A stretch of DNA of 64,000 bases from Candidatus Sericytochromatia bacterium. GTDB taxonomy: Bacteria; Cyanobacteriota; Sericytochromatia; UBA7694; JACMQJ01. Below the pieces are notes generated by a model. The model made no database searches. It saw only the letters and a program-made list of their open reading frames with translations, and was not told where the DNA came from. Positions 23,321 to 33,877 of this stretch are shown here, in pieces (position 1 is the stretch's first letter; each line of letters opens with the position of its first letter). The stretch spans positions 80,428 through 144,427 of the forward strand of contig BPII01000006.1 of assembly GCA_026004035.1 (NCBI GenBank), read 5' to 3'. A program made the position numbers and the translations under genes.

Positions 23321-23348
23321 GGGGCAGTTAAAAGACTGCTCTTTTTTA
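23321..23348 (+). terminator. Rho-independent terminator
   Basis: GGGGCAGT-TAAAAG-ACTGCTCT hairpin followed by a T-run, just after the NHL gene stop. Confidence 0.85.
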
Positions 23349-23509
23349 TTTTTATTAGAGTATATTTAGTATTATTTAAGTAACCTATCAAAATTCTGGT
23401 TTGCTACTCCACTTTATAAAAGATGAGTTTATTTTTTTAAGTAGTATAAATTGTAAAATATATTTAATTTACCTATTGCAATCAAAATAATTAGTGTTAA
23501 ACTTTATAT

Positions 23510-23541
23510 TTAGAATTATTCTAATTTTAGAATAATTACTA
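23510..23541. promoter_or_regulatory. PerR/Fur-type operator, one perfect and one imperfect box
   Basis: TTAGAAT-T-ATTCTAA 7-1-7 palindrome at 23510-23524 and TTAGAATAATTACTA at 23527-23541, directly upstream of ahpC. Confidence 0.7.
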
Positions 23542-23570
23542 TATTATATTTTTAAAAGGAGATTTTGGTT

Positions 23571-24169
23571 ATGTTAGTAACAAAAAAAGCACCTGATTTT
23601 ACTGCAAAAGCAGTTTTAGGTAACAATGAAATCGTTAATGATTTCAATCTTTATAAAAATTTAGGAGAAAATGGAGCAGTTGTATTTTTCTATCCATTAG
23701 ATTTCACATTTGTATGTCCTACTGAAATATTAGCTTTTGACCATAGATTAGAAGAGTTTCAGAAAAGAGGTATTAATGTAATAGGTGTTTCAGTAGATTC
23801 TCATTATACTCATTTAGCTTGGAAGAACACTCCTGTAGAAAAAGGTGGAATAGGAAACATAAAATATCCATTAGTAGCTGATTTAGATAAATCTATATCA
23901 AAAAAATTTTGATGTTTTATTAGATGGTGGTGTTGCTTTAAGAGGTTCATTCTTACTTGATAAAGATGGAACAGTAAGACATGCTGTTATAAATGATTTA
24001 CCTTTAGGTAGAAATATAGATGAAATGCTAAGAATGGTAGATGCTATGCTTTATACAAATAAACATGGTGAAGTTTGCCCTGCTGGTTGGGATAAAGATA
24101 AACCAGCTATGAATGCAACCCCTGAAGGGTGTAGCTAAATATTTAGCTGAACATTCTAAAGAACTTTAA
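23571..24169 (+). CDS. ahpC: Typical 2-Cys peroxiredoxin AhpC, frameshifted
   Basis: [14 protein letters not shown] in the listed [16 protein letters not shown] and GEVCPAGW in the shifted frame. TAA at 24167-24169. Confidence 0.93.
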
Positions 24170-24175
24170 CTATGT

Positions 24176-24217
24176 TTAGCAAGAAATTTCCATCCTCTAC
24201 AGGGTAAAGATGAATTG
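24176..24217. mobile_element. Degenerate IS200/IS605-type end remnant
   Basis: TAGCAAGAA-ATTTCCATCCTCTACAGGGTAAA-GATGAATTG resembles, from memory, IS200/IS605 ends of the form AGCAAGAA-hairpin-GATGAATTGC. The hairpin is decayed and no tnpA or tnpB is nearby. Confidence 0.5.
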
Positions 24218-24357
24218 TCACTAGGCTAATGTTATTTTTTTGATAAGCTAAAAATCCTTTAATAGTAAGCATTTTAAAGATTTATATTAAAAAATGCTTT
24301 AAATTTAGTATTTATCAGCGTTTCAAGGTAATTTTTTCTATAACTAAATCCCAGTGC
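24218..24357 (+). mobile_element. MITE-like element family I, copy 1 (about 140 bp)
   Basis: Highly similar to 38147-38284 and to the reverse complement of 45300-45444. Ends CACTAGG...CCAGTG form imperfect terminal inverted repeats. No ORF. Confidence 0.85.
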
Positions 24358-24364
24358 TAAAAAA

Positions 24365-26581
24365 CTATATCTTTAAAAATTTTAGTCTTAGTGAATTAGA
24401 TAAAACAGATATTGAGCTTAAACTCATTGCTAATGCTGAAAATATGGGACTTAATCTTATATTAAATTTATAAAATAAACCTGAAGCTACTGGTATAAAT
24501 ATTATATTATATATAAATGCCCAAAACAAATTTTGTTTTATTGTTTTCATTATCTTATCACCCAAAGCTAGTATTTGTATTACTTTTTTCAAATCACCTT
24601 TTATTATTGTTATATCACTTGATTCTATAGCTATATCACTACCATTTCCCATTGCTATACTTACATTAGCTTGAGACAAAGCAGGAGCATCATTTATTCC
24701 ATCACCAAGCATTGCAACTATTTTTCCGTCATTTTGTAATTTTTTTATATAATTAAATTTTTCTTGTGGCAATACTTCAGCATAAAAGTTTTTTATACCT
24801 AATTCATTTGCTATAATTTCAGCAGTTTTTTTATTATCACCTGTTATCATTATTAATTCAATATTTTTTTTCTTTAAATTATTAATTACAAACTTAGCAT
24901 CATCTTTAATAGTATCAGATGAAGAAATTAAAGCTATTATTTCTTTTTCATCACAAAGATACATAGGTGTTTTTCCTTCCGAAGACAATTTTTCATAAAT
25001 TTCTTTATATTTATCATCTATATTTATTCTTTTTCTTTTCATTAATTTTTCATTACCAAGATAGTATTCTATTGAATTTATTTCAGCACCTATACCTTCA
25101 CCAACAATATTTTCAAAATATTCAGTTTCAAATAAATCAATATTTTTTTCTTTAGCTTTCTTTAATATTGAGTACGATAAAGGATGTTCAGAATTTTTCT
25201 CTAGCGATGCTATTATTTTTAAAATCTCATCTTCTTTATATTTAAAACTTACTATATCTTTTAATTCTGGCTTCCCTTTTGTTAATGTTCCTGTTTTATC
25301 TGTTACTATACAATTAACTTTTCCTAATATTTCAAGAATTTGTAAATTTTTTATCAAAATACCTAATTGAGCAGCTCTACCTACACCTACCACTATTGCT
25401 GTTGGTGTAGCAAGTCCCATTGCACATGGACAAGCTATAACTAAAACAGATATAGAATTTAAAAAAGCTAATGTTACATTTTTAAATATAAGTAACCAAA
25501 CTAAAAAAGTAATTAATGATATGAATATAATAACAGGAACAAAAACAGAAGTTACTTTATCAACAATTTTTTGAACTGGTATTTTTGTAGCTTGTGTATT
25601 TTCAACTAATTTTACTATTTGAGAAATAAGAGTATTTTCTCCAATTTTTGTTACTTTCATTTCAAAACTACCATTTATATTTATAGTTGAACCTATAACT
25701 TTATCATCAACAAATTTTTCAACAGGAATACTCTCACCAGTTATCATTGATTCATCAATTACTCCATAACCTTTTATAATTATTCCATCACTTGGTATTT
25801 TTTGTCCAGGTTTTACAAGAACTATGTCATTTATTTTAAGTTTTTCTATTTCAACTTCTTTTTCCTTACCATTTTCTAATAAAATGGCTTTTTTAGCTTG
25901 CAGATTAATAAGAGATTTTATTGATTCTGAAGTTTTATTTTTAGCTTTTGTTTCAATATACTTTCCAAGCAAAACTAAAATAATTATTATTGCTGATGAT
26001 TCATAATAATAGCTTATTGGTATATTATTTTTTAATAAAACATTTGGAAATAAAGTTGCAAATAAACTAAAAGTAAAAGCTGATAATGTACCTAATGAAA
26101 CTAATGTATTCATATCAAAACTTTTATTTAAAAAAGATTTCCAAGCACCTAATAAAAATTTTGAACCAACCCAAAATTGAACTGGTATAGTTAATACAAG
26201 CTGAAAATATGGGTTCATAAAAAAATGTGGAATATTTTTAAATCCTAAATCATGCAACATACCTGTAATTAAAATAAGTCCTATAATAGAACCAATTATA
26301 AGTTTTATTTTTGTATTTTTAATTTCTTTTTCTAAATAAATGTCAATATTATTATTTTTATTATCTAAACAAGCTTTATAACCTATTTTTTCTATTGAAT
26401 TAATTATAATACTTTCATCTATTTTTTTAGAAAAAAAAACTTTTGCTTTTTCAGTAGCTAAATTTACTGAAACATCTGATATTCCATCTATTTTTTTTAA
26501 CTCATTCTCTACTTTATTTACACAAGCTGAACAAGTCATACCATAAATTTTAAAATCTAATGAGTTGTTTTTATTTTCCAT
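24365..26581 (-). CDS. copA: Cu(I)-exporting P1B-type ATPase
   Basis: GMTCSAC HMA domain, TGES, CPC, DKTGT, SEHP, GDGIND, YN and M.LSS.SV motifs. Confidence 0.95.
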   Translation of the reverse strand: MENKNNSLDFKIYGMTCSACVNKVENELKKIDGISDVSVNLATEKAKVFFSKKIDESIIINSIEKIGYKACLDNKNNNIDIYLEKEIKNTKIKLIIGSIIGLILITGMLHDLGFKNIPHFFMNPYFQLVLTIPVQFWVGSKFLLGAWKSFLNKSFDMNTLVSLGTLSAFTFSLFATLFPNVLLKNNIPISYYYESSAIIIILVLLGKYIETKAKNKTSESIKSLINLQAKKAILLENGKEKEVEIEKLKINDIVLVKPGQKIPSDGIIIKGYGVIDESMITGESIPVEKFVDDKVIGSTININGSFEMKVTKIGENTLISQIVKLVENTQATKIPVQKIVDKVTSVFVPVIIFISLITFLVWLLIFKNVTLAFLNSISVLVIACPCAMGLATPTAIVVGVGRAAQLGILIKNLQILEILGKVNCIVTDKTGTLTKGKPELKDIVSFKYKEDEILKIIASLEKNSEHPLSYSILKKAKEKNIDLFETEYFENIVGEGIGAEINSIEYYLGNEKLMKRKRINIDDKYKEIYEKLSSEGKTPMYLCDEKEIIALISSSDTIKDDAKFVINNLKKKNIELIMITGDNKKTAEIIANELGIKNFYAEVLPQEKFNYIKKLQNDGKIVAMLGDGINDAPALSQANVSIAMGNGSDIAIESSDITIIKGDLKKVIQILALGDKIMKTIKQNLFWAFIYNIIFIPVASGLFYKFNIRLSPIFSALAMSLSSISVLSNSLRLKFLKI

Positions 26582-26708
26582 AACAAATAAATATTTATAG
26601 CAATACCTTATAAATTATAAATTAATAGTCTTAAAGGATAGGTATTAATATAATGATACCAATTTTTATAATAAATGGTGCATAATTAATAGTTAAAACC
26701 TCGACAAT

Positions 26709-27100
26709 GAAACTATAAATTTAGTATAAAGTAGTATTTATAATATTTAGAGAATAGTATTAAATTGAAAAAAAATACAAGATGTTTTATTATTTTTCAA
26801 GTAATCTTATAGGTTATAATCTAGTTACTGTAATTTCTTTATAAATTCTTTATAAATTATACTATTAGTATAAATTGTTTTATTAACATTAACTTATCGT
26901 CAAGTAAAGAAAATATTTTCAGCTAGTTACTAATTTCGTTGTTAAAGTTTAAAAATAAAGTATAAAAAATTAAAAAAAACTATAAGTTTTTAATAAATTA
27001 CTTGAAATATAAGAATTTTAGTATAATTATACAAAATTGTAACTATAAGAAACATTAACCTTTAATGTACTAACAATTTAATAAATTGGTATTAGTTTAG
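26709..27100. repeat. Dispersed degenerate repeat family II, longest copy C
   Basis: Sub-segments match, in reverse complement, 54711-54883, 53746-53791, 11614-11656 and 5971-6032. Internal duplication CTAGTTACT(G)TAATTTC at about 26821 and 26923. Confidence 0.75.
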
Positions 27101-27227
27101 TATATATTTTGAATATCTATATTTTTAATAAACAAAGAAAGCTAAAAATTTATTAAAAATTTAGTTTAAAGCAATAAAAAAGATATAATTTAAGTGGAGG
27201 TTTAAACTCTTTGTGAAAGGAAAATAA

Positions 27228-27683
27228 ATGGACGAAAGAGAAATTAAGAATAATATTCCAATGATAATTAATAAAGGTATTATATATAATCCTAAAGATA
27301 TTTTGAAAATATTAAGAGATTTAGGAGCTGTAAATTATGAGCAAATAGTAAATGGAGAAATAGTGCAATCAGGAAAAGCTTATATAGTAAGTGTTGTTAT
27401 GAATAAAAATAGTGCTAATATTATAGTCAATAAAAAAGCATATTTAAATATAAATGGTTTTGAATATTTAAATATAGATACTACTGAAGAAGAAACTATT
27501 TTAGATTTACATAATGATTTTGGAATTTTAAGATTGAGAGTTTCAAATAATATAGAAAGTGAAAACAATAATCAATTACCTGAATTAATTTCTCCACAAT
27601 CAATAAAGTATTTTAATTCTCAAAACTATGATGATGAAGATATATTTGTTGAAATAATAGATGATGATAATGATGAAGATTAA
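27228..27683 (+). CDS. Conserved hypothetical protein of a family recalled from Cyanobacteria, with an acidic tail
   Basis: II..GII....D....L.DLG.V.Y....G.....G, N...YLNI..F.YL and DL......LRL pattern. Family recall is from memory only. Confidence 0.55.
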   Translation: MDEREIKNNIPMIINKGIIYNPKDILKILRDLGAVNYEQIVNGEIVQSGKAYIVSVVMNKNSANIIVNKKAYLNINGFEYLNIDTTEEETILDLHNDFGILRLRVSNNIESENNNQLPELISPQSIKYFNSQNYDDEDIFVEIIDDDNDED

Positions 27684-28963
27684 TAAGTAAGAACTGGTAA
27701 TTCTTTGATTCTTTTTATATCAGCACCCAATTTTTTACATTTTTCTTCAAAATTTTCGTAACCTCTATCTAAATATTGTAATTCTGTTATTGTAGTCTCA
27801 CCTTCAGCTGAAAAACCTGCTATTGCAAGAGCTGCTGCTGCTCTTAAATCTGTAGCTTTTACTGGTGCTCCTGATAAAGATGGAACACCTTTTATAATAG
27901 CTAAATTTGATTCTGTTTTTATATCAGCTCCCATACGATTTAATTCATCAACATACATAAATCTATTTTCAAAAACTGTTTCATAAACAATACTTGTTCC
28001 TTTAGCTAAAGAGAGAAAAGCAACCATTTGTGATTGTAAATCAGTAAAAAATCCAGGATAAGGTAAAGTTCTAACATCTACAGGTTTTATTATAGTATTT
28101 GTAGCATCAACTTCTATAGTTTTATCATCTATGATGTTTATTTTTACACCTGCTTCTATCATTTTACTAATTAAAGATTCTAAATGTTTCTCTAGTGCAT
28201 TATGAACTACTATTTTTCCTTTTGTAGCACCAGCAGCTAACATAAAAGTTCCAGCTTCTATTCTGTCAGGTATTACATTATGTTCTGTGCTATGTAATTT
28301 TTTAACACCATCAATGGTTATTGTTGCACTTCCAGCTCCATGTATTTTTGCTCCCATAGAATTTAAAAAATTTGCTAAATCAACAACTTCAGGTTCTTTT
28401 GCACAATTTTCAATTATAGTTGTTCCTTCAGCTAAACAAGCTGCCATTATTATATTTTCAGTAGCTCCAACGCTAGGAAAGTCTAAGTATATCTTATTTC
28501 CTATTAATTTATTTGCTTTAACAATTGTCATTCCATGTTCTATTGATACTTCAGCACCTAATGCTTTTAATCCTTTAAGATGTATATCAACAGGTCTTGA
28601 ACCTATAGCACAACCACCAGGTAAAGGTATTTGTGCTTCTCCAAATCTAGCAAGTAATGCCCCTAAAGTAAAAAAAGAAGCTCTCATTTTACTTACTAAT
28701 TCATAAGGTGCTGTATTTTTATTTATAAATCTTGAATTTATAACAAATTCACCTTTAGATTTTCTTTCTATTTTAGAACCAAAATAATTTAATAACTCTA
28801 TTATTGTATTAACATCAGTTAAATCAGGAACATTTTTAATAACAACATCATCTTTTGATAAAATAGATGCTGCTAGAACAACTAAAGCTGAATTTTTAGC
28901 ACCTGAAATATTAACTTCACCTTTTAAAGGATTTCCACCTTTTATAATAAGTTTCTCTGTCAT
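27680..28963 (-). CDS. murA: UDP-N-acetylglucosamine 1-carboxyvinyltransferase
   Basis: SGAKNS, LPGGCAIGSRP, SVGATEN, DRIEAGT and LDRGYE motifs. Confidence 0.97.
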   Translation of the reverse strand: MTEKLIIKGGNPLKGEVNISGAKNSALVVLAASILSKDDVVIKNVPDLTDVNTIIELLNYFGSKIERKSKGEFVINSRFINKNTAPYELVSKMRASFFTLGALLARFGEAQIPLPGGCAIGSRPVDIHLKGLKALGAEVSIEHGMTIVKANKLIGNKIYLDFPSVGATENIIMAACLAEGTTIIENCAKEPEVVDLANFLNSMGAKIHGAGSATITIDGVKKLHSTEHNVIPDRIEAGTFMLAAGATKGKIVVHNALEKHLESLISKMIEAGVKINIIDDKTIEVDATNTIIKPVDVRTLPYPGFFTDLQSQMVAFLSLAKGTSIVYETVFENRFMYVDELNRMGADIKTESNLAIIKGVPSLSGAPVKATDLRAAAALAIAGFSAEGETTITELQYLDRGYENFEEKCKKLGADIKRIKELPVLTY

Positions 28964-29167
28964 TAAAACTCTTTCTTTTTAAAATATAATATAAATATCT
29001 AAAAAATCATAAATATTTTCTGTGATTTTTTACACACAGAACATATAAATAAAAGTTAACTTAATTTTAATATATATTTATTATATTTGTAGTTAATATT
29101 TGTAAATTTATTTACTACTTAAGTACTTCTATTTTAATTATATCCTTACTTTTGTTAGTTAAAACTT

Positions 29168-31590
29168 CTAAATGTTTAAATTAATGTTTATCTCTTGAGG
29201 TTTTTCTGGAATATTTATTAAGTATTTTTGTTTATTTATAAGTAATTCTATATCGTCATCTTCATCAACTTTTATAATAAATTCACCTTTGTTATTAGTT
29301 TCAATATTATATACTTTTTCAGAATTAGAATATTTATATTCAAATTTATAATTAGACAAATATTTATTGTTTTTTAGTATATTTCCTTTTATCACTCTTA
29401 AAGGATAAAATACAAAATCTATATTTTTATCTTCATTTAAATAAATTTCTTTAATAAAAGAATCATTTAGTATATATTGATTTGGTATAGATAAAAAATC
29501 AATCCTTACTTTATGATTTCCTTTATTTGTTTTAAAAATAAATCTTCCTTCAGAGTCAGTATAAACTTCTTCTTTATCATCTAGAATAATTTTTATATTA
29601 CTTAGCCCATAAGTTTTAGATTTATTACCAAAAATTGTGCCAGATATTTTTAGTAAATTTGTTATTGCAAAATTTATTTCCAATCTACTGTTATTAAGAT
29701 AAATTTCTTCTTTAGAGTAACTTAAAAGTCTATATCCTTCAGGTAAAGATTCCTCTAGTATAGAAAGTGTATAATTTCCATTCTCAATATTTTCAAATTT
29801 AAATCCACTGTCATCTGATATAGTTTCATATTTTTTTTTGTTTTCATTATTTTCTAAGACAAGTTTAATATTTTTAATATTTCTTTCTTTATCATTTATA
29901 ATAGAATCTTCATTTATATCTTCAAAAACTTTACCTTCTATTAAATTTTTAATTCTTTTTCTATTTTCAGAAAAATCATAAGTGTATGATACAGAAACAT
30001 TATAATTATTTTTGGTAATATTTGGATTATTTATTTCAAACTCTATCTTTGAATTATTAAATAAGTTATAACTTAAGCTACTACCTAATAAAATATTATT
30101 TTGAAAAGAGTCATACATGCTTCTGAAGTAAAAACTAAAATCATCATTTATTTTAAAATAGGAATTTAAATTAATATTTATAAATTCTATATTTCTATTA
30201 TAAATAAGGCTATATTTATTTACTTTAACAAGACTAAAAAATGAGTTAATATTTTGATTATTAATGAAATTTGAAGATATATTTAATTCATATCCTTTAT
30301 TGTTAAAATCATAGTTGTAATTAAAACTTAGAGGTATAAAATAGCTAGAGCTTAAGCTAATTTGAATAATATTATTTGTAAAATATTCAGTTGAATTATT
30401 ATTAAATCCAATATTTAGGTTCAAATTTTTAATTAAATTTTTAGATAAATTAATATTAAGAGTATCTATATATTTGTTTTTTGATAGAAAAATAAGATTT
30501 TTTATTATTGAAATATCAATATTAGATATATGTTTTCCTCTAAAGTTGAAATTATATGAAAATAAGCCTTCATTAAAAATTTCTGAATATTTATTAGGTA
30601 TTATTTTTATCTCGTTATTTATATTTATAAATTCTTTTGTTTTTGTCCAATTGTAATTATAATTTAATAATGTTAAATTTGAAAAACTTTTAAAATTTGT
30701 ACCAGTATTAGATAACAGTTTAAGATTATTTATAGGTTCTAATTCAAAAGCAAAATCCAAGTAGGTATTTTTATTTTTATTTATAAGATTACTACTAGTT
30801 TTAATATTTTCTTATATTTTAGAATTGTAAACTAATACCATAAATAAAATCATCTGATAATTTACTAAAATTAGTATTACTTATAAAATAGAAAGGATAC
30901 GGTCTAATTCCGCCAAAAATATTTAAATTATTATTGTCTTTTTTGATAAGTAAATTTAATCCTCTTATAAAGGAGTTATTTACAAATGAATTTAAGTTAT
31001 TAAAAGGTAAGTTTAAATCAAAAAGTTCTACAAATAAATTATCATTACCTATTCCAATTTTCAAATCATTTAGCCAAAGATTATCTATTTTTGAAAAATT
31101 ACTTAAGGAATTAAAGAAATTTCCATTTACATAAAATTTTGAATTTAATAAATTATTCTTATAAAATATAGAATGTTGAAAAATAGTTTTTGGAAATTTA
31201 ATATCTGCTAAATCAAAATTTGATATATTTAATACTCTGTAATATGCTGCCATCTCATTATTTACAATATTAGAAGAAGCTATCATTTTTGTTTTATAAA
31301 CTTGAGGAATAACATTGATTAAATATATTTCTGTTTTATTTTTATAAAAAATATATAGTAAGGTTTTTCCTATTTTTAATCCCTTAATTATAAAATTATT
31401 TTTAGTTTTTTCTATAAAAACTAATTCTTTATTTAGAAGATTATAAGAACTATAGTTATTTTCATCTATAAGTATTTTTTTTTTCTTTTAAAATTTCTAT
31501 TTCTATAGAATAGCTATTCAAAGTTTGTGAATATACTTTAATTTGTGTAAATATAGAAAACAACAATAATAAGTAAAAAAAAAATTTCAT
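29168..31590 (-). CDS. Usher-like outer membrane protein (pilus N-terminal domain + beta-barrel + SdrD-B/CnaB repeats), about 800 aa, split by two frameshifts
   Basis: ATG 31590 with signal peptide. FIIKGLKIGKTLLYIF...YLINV is in frame with ORF 30819-31286. Asn/aromatic-rich strands follow. C-terminal IEGKVFEDINEDSIIND, GFKFENIENGNYTL..LPEGY and TDSEGRFIF. Confidence 0.65.
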
Positions 31591-32367
31591 TATTTTATTT
31601 CAAAATTTTTTTGAATACTTATTATTTTTGTCTTTATCATACTGATATGTTACTATTGCATAGTACTTACCTTTATCAAGTTTATAATTTAGCTTTGTAT
31701 TTAATGTTTTCTCTTTACCTGCAAATACTATTGATTTATTAAACTCTAAATTACCAATAAAAAAATTGTTATCTTTGAATATAGATACAAAAGTGGTTGG
31801 TTCTATATAAGAATTTCCAGTATTTTCTATTTTCAAATAAAAAATAATTTCATTTTCTTTTTGTTCAACATAAAAATTTTTTATTCTTGAAGCTCTTACT
31901 ATTGTATTTTTCACTTCATGTAAAACTAATACACCTAGTCTCATTGCAACTAATATCTTATCTACCTTTTTATTTTTTTCATTATCAATTGGTATAGCTT
32001 CAAAATATACCATAGCCTTATTTCCGCCTTTCAAATCAGGATTTTTTTCAACAAATATCTTAACAGTTTTAGATTCATATGGTTTAAGTATAAACTCTTC
32101 TGGAAAAACTCTTATATTACTTGCAAATGACTTATTAGCCTTATCAGGTAATTTATAAATTTTTTTTGAGTTATTATCTATATCCATGTCCATTGGATAA
32201 GATTTAACTTGATATGAAAAATTATTATCATTTGTTAAAGTTACCTCTGAATATGCCGTTTCATTTTTTTCTGCTTGTATTAATACAGAATAAGGAGACA
32301 AAGAGAAAGAATAAGAATTACTTATAAATAAAATTATAAATAATAAAGTTAAAACTAGTTTCATCAA
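31590..32367 (-). CDS. PapD-like periplasmic pilus chaperone (two Ig domains)
   Basis: Signal peptide, FSLSP, VTLTN, VFPEEFILKPYESKTVKI and IENTGNS. Removing one A near 31628 gives ...IISIQKNFEIK* with TAATG coupling to the next gene. Confidence 0.7.
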
Positions 32368-32387
32368 AAAAGATTTTTTTTAACTTT

Positions 32388-33023
32388 TTAGAAAGCATTT
32401 GATTCAGCTGTGAATACAACAGTTGCAGTTTTAGCACCAGGTGTATCAGAATCTGTAACTTTTGCTGCTAAATCCATATCAACACTTTGATCATTTGTTA
32501 ACGCTGAACCAGATAATGTTCCTGAAACACCTGCTATTGTTATATCTGTAGTAGTTATTGCATTAACACCAGTAGTACTATTCCAAGCATTATTTGGTGC
32601 AGCATAGTAAGGATTCAAAGTATTACCTGTATTAACTTTCATTCTAACATCAGCATCAGCCCCACCTGTTATTCTTACTCTAACTTTTATTGCAGGGTTA
32701 GATGTATTAGAACCTATTATATAAAATGCACCATTTGTAAATCCACTTCCAAATGCTGATGAAGGATCAACTAAACTATTATCAGTTTTATGTAATCTTA
32801 CAGCATCAGTATCACCAGACATAGATCCAGCACCAACAGAGTTCATATTACCAAAACTTAAAGCTGAAACTGCTGCTGTTCCAGTAGAGTTTTCTATTTG
32901 TAAAGATATAGCATTCTGAACGGTTCCATTTAAAGTTAAGTTACCCGTTGCTGTAGTCCCTGCTATTGCTGGAGTAGCTAAGGCTAAAATTGATAAAAAA
33001 GCCCATAATTTTTTATTTTTCAT
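32388..33023 (-). CDS. Secreted fimbrial or spore-coat-U-like major subunit
   Basis: GGAGGTG RBS and Sec signal (..TPAIA). N-terminal strand TATGNLTLNGTV, LSFG, and C-terminal PGAKTATVVFTA. Ser/Thr/Gly/Ala-rich with no cysteines. Confidence 0.65.
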   Translation of the reverse strand: MKNKKLWAFLSILALATPAIAGTTATGNLTLNGTVQNAISLQIENSTGTAAVSALSFGNMNSVGAGSMSGDTDAVRLHKTDNSLVDPSSAFGSGFTNGAFYIIGSNTSNPAIKVRVRITGGADADVRMKVNTGNTLNPYYAAPNNAWNSTTGVNAITTTDITIAGVSGTLSGSALTNDQSVDMDLAAKVTDSDTPGAKTATVVFTAESNAF

Positions 33024-33108
33024 AAGACACCTCCTTGTAAATGAAAGTAAATATGATTATATTAAATTTTCTTTTTTTTTAAAATTCTATTTAACTTATT
33101 TTTAACAG

Positions 33109-33132
33109 AAAAAAAAAAAAAAAAAAAAAAAA
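33109..33132. repeat. Poly(A)24 tract
   Basis: 24 consecutive A residues in the divergent intergenic region. It is the longest homopolymer seen in the window. Confidence 0.9.
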
Positions 33133-33309
33133 TAACATAAATTTAATGTTTTTAACATAAAATATTAAATTTTTGAAGTATGTAATATAAATTGCTATTA
33201 ATTTTGAGTAAAATTTTTGAATTTAAATTAATTGTAATATTTTTGTTATAAAAATCACATTTTATAATAAAAAGTGCTATAATATGAGAACATCTCATAA
33301 AAAATTAAC

Positions 33310-33856
33310 ATGAAAATTAAAAAAGGATTTACATTAATTGAACTTTTAGTTGTCATTGTAATAGTAGGGGATACTTGTTGGTATAGCTTTGCCAAATTTT
33401 GTTGCATCACAAAATAGAGCAAAAATTGCATCAGTTAAGTCTAACATGAGGACATTACAAGTTGGAATAGAAACTTTTGGTATTGATTATACCAGATATC
33501 CAGCAACATATAAAGAATTTAAAGATGAAGCTATAGCAAAAGGTTATTGGAAAGATCTTAAAAATCCTATAACTTCTAAATTAGATGAAGGATTAGATTT
33601 AACTCATACTTTGACACCTGCTGATACAGATGATAAATTTCAACCAGGAAGTTTAAATAAACCTAATGGAAGTGGTCTAGCTTCATCTAGTCAGATGGTA
33701 GGTGGAACTGTTGTTTATTGTGGTGGTGATATTTCAGATGCTAGTTCTTTAACTAGATATGCTATATATGGCACTACATTTTCAGAATGCTGTTCTATAA
33801 CAAAATTAAATATACTCAAAGAAAAAGGTAAAGTTTTTTATATTACTAATAACTAA
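33310..33856 (+). CDS. Type IV pilin or T2SS pseudopilin, frameshifted at GGGG near 33367
   Basis: MKIKKG|FTLIELLVVIVIVG joins ILVGIALPNFVASQNRAK, giving a class III signal peptide. Confidence 0.9.
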
Positions 33857-33877
33857 GGATATTTTTCTATAATTTGT

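Noticed and set aside
26600-26660. CsoR or CueR operator upstream of copA
   Set aside because: ATACCT and AGGTAT half-sites are present, but their spacing does not match a compact operator palindrome.
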